From Phoronis australis (lineage: Eukaryota > Animalia > Phoronida), in contig NMRA01000003.1 of the NCBI GenBank assembly GCA_002633005.1, positions 2,723,117 to 2,787,116 on the forward strand: 64,000 nt of DNA. The letters are read 5' to 3'. Every line of letters begins with the position of its first letter. The stretch's first letter is position 1. The translations under genes and the position numbers were made by a program. This document shows positions 1 through 11,795 of this stretch, piece after piece. Under the pieces are notes generated by a model, which did no database searches, was not told the DNA's origin, and saw only the letters and a program-made list of their open reading frames with translations.

Positions 1-2425
1 ACAAAGAGTAACGGTCACGATCCATCGTTTTCAGCCTATTCACTTAGCGAAACTTACAAAATTTCCCATAAAATTTGCATCAATTGGTTGTCTGTCACCC
101 TTTTTTGTTTCAACTTCTGTTCTAAACAACTAGAGGATTTGTTGTGTATCTAACCAAGATGGTCATATATGTTGGACGGTGGCAGCCGAGAAAACGCAGG
201 ATATAGTCTTAAAGTAAAGTAATGCACGCGGTGTCGGTGACTGCAAATTCCCCTGTTCTAAATACATCCACGGATATAGGTCCGTTCATCATTTCATTAA
301 CCCTCTTTTCCTTGTTTCCGCCAGTTTAAAACGGAAAAGTGAGAGTAGAAACAATTCATAAATTATAGCCCTATATGAATTAATTTGAATTTCCCTATCC
401 ATTACAGAGTCATTCGACAGTAGCACCATGCTACTGGTGCACCACCAAAAAGTAAAACACTGAACTTAAGAACTCTATATTGAATTCTGTTTAAATTGAA
501 AATCATGTAAATCTTGCTAATTTGAAGGAGCATCAGACCACAAGGAAATAAATTTTGATTAAATAAGTTTGCGTTGAAACTCGTTTTTAACTCATAAGAG
601 AAACGAGTGTCTTTAAAGCTTCGCTCGAACGGTTGTTAGTTATTCTAGATGTACTGGTTAATCGAGGTAGTCCTAGAAATGTTTTAGACGAAAAAAAAAA
701 CGCCGGACATGTCAAGCGTTTCGCGCCATATTACGTCACTACGAGACTGAAAACGGCAAGAGCTGCCGATAGCAGCAGTCTTGAACATTCGCAGGTACTT
801 GCGGTAGAAGTACACATCTACCGCAGGTAAAAGAGTTTATTGAATAGAGCACCGATGTAAGCGGGTGGTTTTCATAGCTAGTTAAACCTCCGGCAGAGGA
901 TTCTCGCGTTGACGGAAGTCCGGTTGAACTAATCAGCGCCAAATGTTCCAAATGACTCCTCCTCACTTTAAAGACAACTAATAATTTTAAGCTAAAATAG
1001 CATCTTGCACCAACTTACTATTTTATTTAAATGTTTTTCGATGGTAGATCGTTAATCCAAGTTCTATGGAATAATTAAGTCAAAAGCACGTCTAAAATTT
1101 GTATTGCCACTTACAGGCACTCAACCAAACATCTTGAAAGAGCACAGGCATTTCAACTCAACAACCATAACTAACTCACAACGTTGTACCTTAAAATTAC
1201 AAACCTTGGAATAATTTCTGGTACTATTTAGCTACTTACCGTCATACACATGCAACCGCATCGAGCTTTACGTATTTAAATCTCTGCTCTCATTTTCACG
1301 AAAGATTTCGCTCTAGTCGGCTGGCGACCGGGTCGCCAACCGAAGCGACGTCTTTCGAGAAAACGTTTTCTGCTCAGAAACATCGGTTTTGGCTTCAGAA
1401 ATTGTGTCATGGTATCAGCCAACCTTTTGCCAGACGAACAAAGTTATTAAGACAATTCATTTCCCATCGTTAAGCTGAGCTAATTTTTTTACCTCAATCG
1501 ATTACTTTGGTCAAATATTTTGCGAATTTGTCAGCAAACTTTTCTAAATAAAATTTTTAGCAAGCTGGACTCTAACATCTTTTAGGATGATTCAGTTTTT
1601 GATTGACCGATGAAACAGATTCTTTGATTTAAATCATGGTGACGGTGATCACGTCATTAATACATATTTTTGCTGCTTTAATTGTATTTTGGTGACCTTA
1701 CGCAAAAATAAAATCCGACAATAAGCCCAAAAGTTACGCTCCCGAATGTTGATGTGTTGTGGAGGTCTCATTCATCCAGATTTCACTGCCTTTCGAATGA
1801 AAAATAACGGTCAGTGAATGGTCACCGATCTCAGTCGAACGACAGTCGGATTACGATTGGCGTGATCCGTTTCAGTCAAGTTATATACGAATATTTATAG
1901 CTCAAAAATTCGAGACGCAACATTTTTCTATACACTGTGATTTGTCGTCTACGAAAAGTGTACCAATGAAGTGTGTTGACAGGGATTTACGAAGACACGT
2001 GAACAGCCCGTAAGGCAAGATGTGAATCACTGCTGCACAAAATGCTACGAACTAAGGTCATGAAATGAAGTGTATGCCGATACTATACGCGGGAAGCTCG
2101 TGGTGTGCGTAGTTACGGCTGCCGCAGCGGCATTGCAGCTGTGCCTTGCATTTTACTGGTACCACTTTTAAAAAAAGGAACAATTATATTGTTGAGGTGA
2201 CCATAATGCTCCTGTCAGGAGGACCAGTTTTCGTTGCTAAATTACCTGACGCTATTCATTACAAATCACGAGTAAGAAGAAAACGGATAGTCGGCGAAAG
2301 AATCAAATTGGTTATCAAGCCTTAGGCCAACTGCTTTTATTCACATGTTTCCTTCCAAGGTTGGATTTTAACCCGTCGACTGCCAAAGAAATATTAAATT
2401 AATCTTTCTGCTATATTTTAGGTTT

Positions 2426-2492
2426 ATTGCATTGCATTGTATTGTGTTGTGTTGTATTGTATTGTGTTGTATTGTATTGTATTGTATCGTAT
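2426..2492. repeat. (ATTGT/GTTGT)n pentanucleotide microsatellite
   Basis: Seen directly. Confidence 0.9.
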
Positions 2493-3169
2493 GTCAGATG
2501 AGAGTACTGGCATATATATTTACCTACCTTCGTCAGCCAAATCAATGAGAAATCCGGCCAGAGTTCCGTTGTCGTCTCTGAAAGTCAAGACAAACATCGA
2601 ATTTATGAACAAAATTGAGTGATGACACATTTACCTTCTCTATCCAAAAATGACAAATGCGGCATAGTCTCTGAATTAATTCATTCGATTGTTGCCAAAC
2701 GGTAATACTCAACACATACAGGGAAACAAATGCTGGAAAAGTCAATTTTTATTCAACCGAGTTAGATGTCAGAGTTATTTATGTGACGACCTTCGACTTC
2801 CCGACTTCTGAGCAACATAATGTTTTGTGACTCAGTCGTTATTAACAGTTAGCACAATTCACGCATTTCCTAGGTAAGCAGACAGATCAGCAAGGTCTCA
2901 GGACAACTTAAAGTCGGGTTTAAAAGGGGACTGTAGTCAAAATAATGTTGCAATTAATCGGTTCTAACATACAAATAAAACTCACATTTGCCTGAATTGC
3001 GTGCCAAACAAAAGCCAATTCGTATTCATGGTCAAAACACTAAATTCTGAAAGCGATCGCTGATTGGCTGATGTGTCAGTGACGTGAACGGCGGGGTATC
3101 GGCTGCTTTGCACATTCATTGCTTATGTCATATTTGAAGAGTTTACATCGTAATTTATCATTGTATCAA

Positions 3170-3869
3170 NNNNNNNNNNNNNNNNNNNNNNNNNNNNNNN
3201 NNNNNNNNNNNNNNNNNNNNNNNNNNNNNNNNNNNNNNNNNNNNNNNNNNNNNNNNNNNNNNNNNNNNNNNNNNNNNNNNNNNNNNNNNNNNNNNNNNNN
3301 NNNNNNNNNNNNNNNNNNNNNNNNNNNNNNNNNNNNNNNNNNNNNNNNNNNNNNNNNNNNNNNNNNNNNNNNNNNNNNNNNNNNNNNNNNNNNNNNNNNN
3401 NNNNNNNNNNNNNNNNNNNNNNNNNNNNNNNNNNNNNNNNNNNNNNNNNNNNNNNNNNNNNNNNNNNNNNNNNNNNNNNNNNNNNNNNNNNNNNNNNNNN
3501 NNNNNNNNNNNNNNNNNNNNNNNNNNNNNNNNNNNNNNNNNNNNNNNNNNNNNNNNNNNNNNNNNNNNNNNNNNNNNNNNNNNNNNNNNNNNNNNNNNNN
3601 NNNNNNNNNNNNNNNNNNNNNNNNNNNNNNNNNNNNNNNNNNNNNNNNNNNNNNNNNNNNNNNNNNNNNNNNNNNNNNNNNNNNNNNNNNNNNNNNNNNN
3701 NNNNNNNNNNNNNNNNNNNNNNNNNNNNNNNNNNNNNNNNNNNNNNNNNNNNNNNNNNNNNNNNNNNNNNNNNNNNNNNNNNNNNNNNNNNNNNNNNNNN
3801 NNNNNNNNNNNNNNNNNNNNNNNNNNNNNNNNNNNNNNNNNNNNNNNNNNNNNNNNNNNNNNNNNNNNN
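3170..3869. other. Assembly gap (700 N)
   Basis: N run. Confidence 0.99.
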
Positions 3870-4109
3870 CTACTTGATTGCACGCTAACACAGGACAGTG
3901 ACCTTGCCCCCGCCAAATACGTCACGAGACTAAGCAGCGCTCCAAGCCGGTAATTTTTTGAGCTTCGTTAGAGAACATAAGTTTAATTTTTGGTGTTGAA
4001 TTATTTGTGAAATTAATCAACAATTCATAGAAAACTACCCAGAATTTATTCAGAATAAAATACAGTTCCCTTTTAAGGCTGAAAAAGCGCACACCGGAAT
4101 TGTCTTCTT

Positions 4110-4380
4110 TTTCATGCGCGCACCCAGCCTAAAATATAGGGGGAATTTATCGGTATGCGTATCTTTTACGAACAAAAATCAACGAAGACTAGAAAAGAAA
4201 CAAAAAAAAAAAACAAAAAAAAAAACAAAAAAAAAACGGGCCACTAGGTTCAGGCCTACGAATTCAATGCATCCGCGCAGAATTCCTGTAGACTTTTGTC
4301 TCGTTTACTCGGAGTTTTTGTTTCGCTGAGGCGGACCTTTTCGCCCAATTCACCAAATTGGGGGGCTCATGCGCCCATGT
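4110..4380 (+). repeat. Interspersed repeat related to 58808-59000 and to the interior of the 59127 MITE
   Basis: ATGCGCGCACCCAG..T..AATAT.GGGG and CTCGGAGTTTTTG.TTC.CTGAG...GACCTTTT.GCCC are shared. Confidence 0.55.
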
Positions 4381-4404
4381 TATTATAAAATCCAATTACA
4401 GGTT

Positions 4405-4580
4405 TTCTGGTACACGTTGCACCAGACGTGGGCCTTGCACTGATCACCTGGAACCATTTTTATGCTTTATTAATATATACTTAAAACAGAGGTGAGGAGC
4501 TAGAGACCTGACTTAAAGGTCTAGCAGTGTGCTACAATGGGACTTGAACCCACGACCTCGAGTAATGGAAACGGACTCAG
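4405..4580 (-). mobile_element. tRNA-derived SINE fragment
   Basis: B-box-like GGTTCAAGTCC on the minus strand at about 4540-4550; body GCACTGATCACCTGGAACCATTT shared with 44837-45060. Confidence 0.6.
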
Positions 4581-7033
4581 GGAAATGTTTTCTTTAACTT
4601 ATTAATTTTGACCAGAGAATGTGGTATGTACATGTATATGCGTTACGTATAAATTTTTAACTGGAACAACAGCAACGGTTCACATTACTGTCGTTTTCGC
4701 ATTTAGCGATAATGCTGACCAAAACGCTAGCTTGTTTTCACCAGTTTGTGAACGGGTGCAAATGATAACTTACATATAGGCATCGGAGCCGTATGGCGCG
4801 GCAGTTGCAAGAAGATAAATCGTCTTTTCTGTACAGCTTTGGGTTACGACGGCAGTTGATGCAATCACGAAGAAGTGGAGTAATTCTGAAAGTAAAACAA
4901 ATCAATGACTGCATTGTGAAACGATAGCTTGCAATTGCGAATAACACGTGGCTGCCGACGATGGATTGCAACCTGCCAAAACTCAAATATTTGTTAGGGA
5001 CCTGTAGACACTAATCGACCCCTGGTCATAAATAAAGAGGTTTACTAATTTACCTAAAAGTTTTTTACAGTAACCAAGTCAAATCGATGTGCATGCCTGT
5101 AACCACTTGACATCGCGTCAGACATCGACAGTGTTATCAGAAAAAATGATACACAAATACATTGGTAATATAGAGAACTTTGATGAATGTTAAACCGGAT
5201 GCTTTTTAAAAGCTTTCATTGTGTTGCATGCAGGTAACATGCGATAGAAAAATTAGGTACCATCTGAGCTCAAACTGCCACAAGTTAGAAATTATGATTA
5301 CGTTTGTTGCTCTGCTATAAACTTGCCTTCTGTCAAAAGTTCGGTTAGTTTTCACAAATTCGGCATTTTTAGTTTTATTCAGTGTAATTAGTTCTACCTT
5401 TGATTAAACTCATGATTGGTCAATAAATATGGTTAATTTTTTACAAGATTTCAAACGTATTTTTTTCTCAAAGTATTCCGCAAGTCGATTTTTATTTTGT
5501 TCTTGGAAAATTAGAGAAGTCCTTTAAAAATGTGGGCTAAAGCCTCCGCTCTGATACCGCCCCCTTTGTCCACTACCAAACTGTTTGTGATTGAAGTAAA
5601 GGGAACAATACGAAACACAAAACCGTTCTTTAGGCCTGAACTGCTTCCTTGCTTTTTTAAAAGATTCTGGGATATTGAAACGAAGTGAGACAACTTGTTA
5701 CTGCTCGAGAGCGGACTTATGTGTTGACCCGTCACTTTTTACGGCGTGCAGGGCGTGAACTCTTTAAACCACTTTTAATGTGTGCAGTGACAAATGTGAC
5801 CAATTTTATGGCTATAAATTTGACCTAAATCAAAAGTTTGTATTTTTTTACAAGGCGAGACTTTTCAATTGTTTTCACTTGTGTGTATGTTATATGTGCC
5901 AATGGCGGACGTAGCGATCACTTTCGATTTTTTTCGGACTTGTCTTAATTTTGTGCTAACTGTTATTGTATGATTTAGCCAGATTGTGGAGTTATAAACC
6001 AATATTACGGATTCCATAAATCGCAATATTGGCCGCTGGCATGGTAACACGATTTAAATTAATGTTAAAAACTTTTTAAGTAGTGTAGATCTCACCAGTT
6101 TTCGATCCCGGGTTCGTTTTTACCACTACGTCACCAGCATACCATGGAACTCGATGGTCTCATGACGGCGACATCCCGTTGCTCCCAACTTGTTCGATTG
6201 TATAACCCAACAAGAAGTTGGGAAGTTTACCCCCCGTAGTCAATTAACTCCATTCTGGCGTTGATGGTTGGAGGGCCTGCGCTTTTTTGTTTGATAATTG
6301 CTCTAATCTCCGATCAGATCGTATCTAGCCTAACTGGGGTGGGCTGATAAAAATGAAAGTTAAGTTAGCCAGATATTATCGCACGTTCAGCACCCCCCAC
6401 GTCTGGAAAAGTTACTGAACGAAAGGACGATGTAATGTAGAAACTTAAAAATGGCATCCAGATCCTGTCTTCACAGCTGTTTTAAATGACCGTGAAATGT
6501 ATAAACCACCAGGTATGACAGACCTGCATCAAAGCGTGGCAGTTACCACCATCACGGTATTGTATTTTCAAGGCTAAAATGTCTATTCTCTGAATTTCAA
6601 TACGCGCCAATTTGCACGTAATTTAGCGCGTGCACGATGACCATGCTGACACGCAGATCTAAAAACCGAAACAGGCATACTGACCTGGGTGGAAGTAAAA
6701 ATTATGTTAAAAAAAAAAAAATGTTAAAATCATTCAACTGGTACATGTCATACCGCATAGGAGTAGGTAATTGCAAATTAGAATCTTAAAGCACTTTACA
6801 TAAATTATACTTACTCATCGCTTTATATGGGCTCAAGTTTGTGCAAAGAAAGATCCGTTTTAGACCACGTCAGTGCTTGTTCGGTTGTCTGACCGGAGAC
6901 ACATCAGACAACTTGCGATGATTTAGGTCGAGAAACGCGAACCTGGATTGCATAATTCGGTAGTCAAGGAAATAAAAATCCTCTCATGTGGTTTTATTAC
7001 GCGGAACGCATTGCTACATTAATGGTACCAATG

Positions 7034-7429
7034 CAAAGGCGGATTTAGGGGGGGGGGGGGGGCAGAGGGCCCGGCCCCCCCTTGACTACCGCAAAAAAAT
7101 AAAACAGCAAGAGCGTAGGGAAATGTTGAGTTTATTAATTAACCCCGGTAATTAAAATTATACGGATGAAACAAGATTTAAATGTGTGCAGTTTTAGTGT
7201 TGACACGTTCTCTGTGTTTTTTTGCTTTTTTTTCTTGGATAATACTTCAGGAATAAATAAAATGCTTGATTTTTAGAGGAAAATGCAGAAAATTTCCTGG
7301 GCGGGAGGGGAGCCCCCCTCCTAACCTCCCCCCATTCGGTGCTATGCGCATCTACAATGGTGGTTTGCGCAAATGCTTACAGCCGGACAAAATGTTGGCC
7401 CCCCTTGTGATATCCTAGATCCGCCACTG
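7034..7429. mobile_element. MITE with CAG(T/G)GGCGGAT-type TIRs and 5-bp TSD
   Basis: CAAAGGCGGATTTAGG ... CCTAGATCCGCCACTG flanked by CAATG on both sides (7029-7033, 7430-7434). Confidence 0.8.
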
Positions 7430-9790
7430 CAATGAACAATACATAAAGAGACGACGACACTGTTCGCAAGTTAGACCCTGTCCGCCATATTGGTAGGGGG
7501 AAGAAATGCAAACAAAAGCACGTTCGCGTTATGGAAGCCGGGAAATATCCACAACAAAATTTGAAATTTTTAATACTAGAGAGCCAACACAAAGCAATGT
7601 AAACATGTAATTCACGCAGTGCTTTTAACGATCATGTAAGCCAGACAAAATTAGTAATACTTCGGCTGAAATTCTCAGTGCTGCTAGGGCCTGGGAGGTT
7701 TTTCCGCCTGACGTCGAAAAATCAACTACACTGAAATGTCGACATTATATAAATTGGTGGAAAAATTTCCTTTATACTTTGATACTACCTACGTGGGAAT
7801 ATACAGTCATAAACCTTTTTTGGGTTGAATAGCAAAAATAATTTTGAGTTCTATTTACAGTAAAAAAATTAGACCCCGGGTGTTTCGAAAACCAGCACCT
7901 CACCTTTAAAGAGTTGGCATCAGGTGACACTGTGGGGGAAAAAGAGCCTAATAAAAATAATTTCGGCAGACATCAGACAATGTTAGTCGAATGCACATGC
8001 GAGAAATGTACCATTGTTACATTTTACGAAAGCCACGTCATATTTCATGAGTTTGCATCATATTTGCCACACGGAGGAAAACCATTCACACACATAACGC
8101 CTTCTTTCCAGATTGTGTGAATGAAATTCTATCAAATGTGCCAGGTCGAATTTATATATGTGTCCCTGTGTGCTTTCCGTGCTTTTTTAACATGTCTGAG
8201 TAGTTTTATGGTATAGTAAAAATATACAGCTTACAGTTTCACTCCACACGAAAGGATTTTCCAGGATCAGGTAACAATTTTTTTTTATTGTTAAAGCGTT
8301 CTTGCAATCATTTTTTGCCACTTACATGTTATAAACCAATTGTGTATCCGGCATAACAGTAAACAAACTACAATAACAAAATTTTTCATGGAGAATTCAA
8401 TTTAGGAAGTCAATTTGATAGAAAGAAACACCCGTTTTATCCCACGATCGTTTGGTTTTCTTCAGCCAGTGTTTTATTGCGTTGGAGTGATGATCATCGC
8501 TAATGTAGTAAATGCCTGGTCCACGTAAAAGAAGCAAAACCAGTTTCTAGTGATGCCAACGGGTTCTGTCTACCACCTTAGTTACGAATGACAATTTCTT
8601 AAAGACATTGTGGTGGTAGGAAATAAAAGCACGCATTTATTTGCCGGCAGGTTGACAGATTTTGCCAAATCAATAGCAAAATATCGCCTTTGAGAAGGGC
8701 GACTCCATAGTTTAAAAAAGTGGCGACATAGTAGCGTGTTTTATACAGCTTAAAAGCCGAAAGAAATATCATTGTTCATACGATGTCAAACTTGTCTGAA
8801 ATTGTGGTGGTAACAACAGTTCAAATCGTGACGTGTATACGTAAAGATGGGATGCCTAGCTGGGGAAATAGAAAATATTTTGCACTGTGAAATGACATTA
8901 TCATTTTGCTCAAACCTGGTCTAGGTCAATAGTTTAAAAGGGCAATATTCCAAAAAAGCTGACTGTCGGTCTTTCGGACTACAAAACCATGCGCTTTCTC
9001 TTTCTATCAAAATTGCTAGTTTGTCAATGTTCGTTAGTTTGAAGTACATATGAATAAAGACAATGATAGGACATTCTATTATTAATGGACGTGAAGTCAC
9101 GTGTCTCATGAGGCGCCATTTTCTTGTGTTGCAGCTCGCAGATAAGGGAATTTGGTTTATTAACCACTTTGATACATTGCATTAAAAACTTATATTAAAC
9201 ATCGCTGATTTTCGACGTTGGCCGTTTTTTGTTCCGTACAACCCACTTTCAATGAAACTTAGTTAAAACCACTCTGTAAATCACTGTGTTTTTCTAAGAA
9301 TATCGGGGCCTGTTCCACATAAAATCGTTACCTGTTTTGTGTGTCCGTTACCAGGCATTCTAACGCTGACCACAGCCAACTAGTGGTTAGTTCTCGAAAA
9401 ATGTCTGCCTCCAGAGTTCTTAACGCAATTTTGAACTTAAACATTATTGTGGAACAATCCCCGGTGGGTATCCTCACGTTTAGATGTAAGTCGCGAGTAA
9501 AATACTGCGGTCTGAATTCTGTTCTTCGTGGCAAAATACGGATGGATATAGTTATATTTACAAACAGTTCCTCACAACATCGTTAAGGCTGAACACTAGG
9601 AACCTCTTTAATTTTTTGTTGGAACAGCACTCGCTGTCCACTAAGGAAAGTCTGATGAAAACATTGAACCATATATGAGATGATTGTAAAATCTTTGAGG
9701 ACCATGATGTATTAGCACTTTGCTAAACATGTATTGTGTCCTTGTTAAATAAATTTAAAAATATTGTTAATAATAACGACAGCGAAAACG

Positions 9791-9876
9791 AGTAATAGTA
9801 GTGATAGTAGTTAAGGTAGTAATAGCAGTAATAATAGCAATAGTAGTAACAGTAGCAATAGTAGTGTAATACTAAT
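9791..9876. repeat. (TAG/TAA/CAG)n imperfect trinucleotide repeat
   Basis: Seen directly. Confidence 0.85.
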
Positions 9877-10304
9877 AAAAATGATAACAAGGAGCCAAAT
9901 TCATGTCGTGTCAGCCCGCAGTGCATCCCTTTAGAAGTGGTATCACTAAAAGTGCCGCACAAAAAGGTGTTTTTTCACAGAAAAAATACTTTCCAAAATG
10001 GTGCCATTTTCGACAAAATTATATCTATAAGGTGCCTTTGCTGATTTTCTGGAACAGGACTGTGCGAAAATGTGAATTTTTACACAAATTAGTCTCTAAA
10101 TGGGTCAAATTTTTGTACGAGCCCACTCTCTGAACGAGTAGGTATTCAAGTTTTTCAAGATGCACGCCTCGTCCAAAAATACTCCAGTGCCCTCCTGTCG
10201 TGGCAGATCCACTTGTTTGTGATTTTGGTCATTTTCTTTGCAAAATGACATCGGTTTTGTCAGTAAAATGCAACAATGGTACATTTCTCGCAAGTGCATT
10301 CGAC

Positions 10305-10460
10305 GTGAAATGTAACACTGTAAAACGTAAGAACTTGTTACATTTTAGGAGAGGCTTAGCAACGTAAAATGTAACAATGACATAAATGTAACAGTTGTTA
10401 CATTTTACGTCATAAAATGTAACAGTTCTTACATTTTACGTCATTGTTACATTTTACAGC
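10305..10460. repeat. Cluster of AAATGTAACA / TGTTACATTT direct and inverted units
   Basis: About 8 copies in both orientations. Confidence 0.7.
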
Positions 10461-11678
10461 GTATCAATGCCCTGTCCCCCTGGCTTGTGTATTCTGCTTC
10501 CAGCTACCGACTCATTTGACATCAATTCGGATTGCTCATAAGTTGCCTTTAAAAATTACACAAGTCACCCATCAACCCAGATCACCTCCAGACAGCGCAA
10601 TACCAAAAACAGATACTGAGGGTGAAGACTGGTATAAATGCAACATATTAATATCATTATTTATTGTTTGTGTTAAAAATGTTTTGGACGGCATGTCTAA
10701 ATATCCTTGTAGTGGTCAAGAAATGGTCAACCAGAGGACAGATGTATCACCGGTTATGTAATAATAAACTGTATTTACTTCAAAAAAAAACCCATACCCT
10801 TTGTTTGCAATGCAATAAACCTTATCTGGTGGGAAATTTACAGGCTCACTACTGTCTAAAGACTTACATGCCCAGTTACTGAACTGGCATGTCTTAATGA
10901 CTGGGCTTGATTTGCTGTTTGGCTGGGGCGTACTACCTTGTTGTTGCCAGAAGACTAAGAGATGAAAGCACCTCGACTAGCCTAGTCTTGGTATAACATG
11001 GTTTGTAAACGATATTCCTACATTGTGACAGTAAAGTTTTTAACTTGAAGGCCAAAAATCTATAGCTAAGAACTCGAAATATCTTAAAAATGACAGCTAC
11101 ACTAAGCAAATTGGATCTTTATGAAGATACAGCCAGATGGAACTTGGCAGTGAAGCTAGCAGAACCTGCGGTGGTGTAATGGATAAATAGTACAAGGGAG
11201 ACCATCTCACAGATTTTAAAAGGATCTTGCAAAGGCAAAGGTCATTTTACAGGATGTTCAATGACAAGAAGTTTGCTCCGGAGTATTGTGGGTAGCATGA
11301 CTTATAAGTTGTGTCTACAAATTACACCCCACTTAACCTGATCTCCTGGAAGACTGATTGACATCATGTACTTGCCAGAACATCAGCAACATCATCAACA
11401 ACAACAACAACAACAGTCAATAGAAACATGTCCCTCTTGAAAATTTTTATTTTCTGCACATCCATACTACCATTTTATTCATTGAATAAATAAAATGACA
11501 TTCTCTAAATGTGGGTTTACAAGTTAAAAAACACATCACTGCACAATACATGCGCAAAACAATTACATTCTCCCCAATGCATAAGTGGGAATCAAAAAAA
11601 GTGAACCTGTGCAGAAACTAATGGGTCTGCAATGACAATACTCTGTATAATACGCAGCCTTTCCAGTGTTTGTATTGT

Positions 11679-11795
11679 CTATTGTATATTCACATCATTA
11701 TTCTGTCCAATGTTTAACTTGGATGGATCAAATGGCTGTCCTTTGAATGGTGAACCTTCGGCATCCCACGCTTGCTTCAACATATCATGCATTTT
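11679..11795 (-). CDS. NUDCD3: NUDCD3 exon 8 (terminal)
   Basis: tttcag| KMHDMLKQAWDAEGSPFKGQPFDPSKLNIGQNNDVNIQ*; minus-strand AATAAA at about 11474-11479 and 11446-11451. Confidence 0.92.
   Translation of the reverse strand, partial: KMHDMLKQAWDAEGSPFKGQPFDPSKLNIGQNNDVNIQ

Noticed and set aside
3119-3925. Three long ORFs of 241-255 aa
   Set aside because: They are translations of the 700-N assembly gap.
9723-9962. Tyr/Cys-rich ORF (also 2437-2622)
   Set aside because: Translation of microsatellites.
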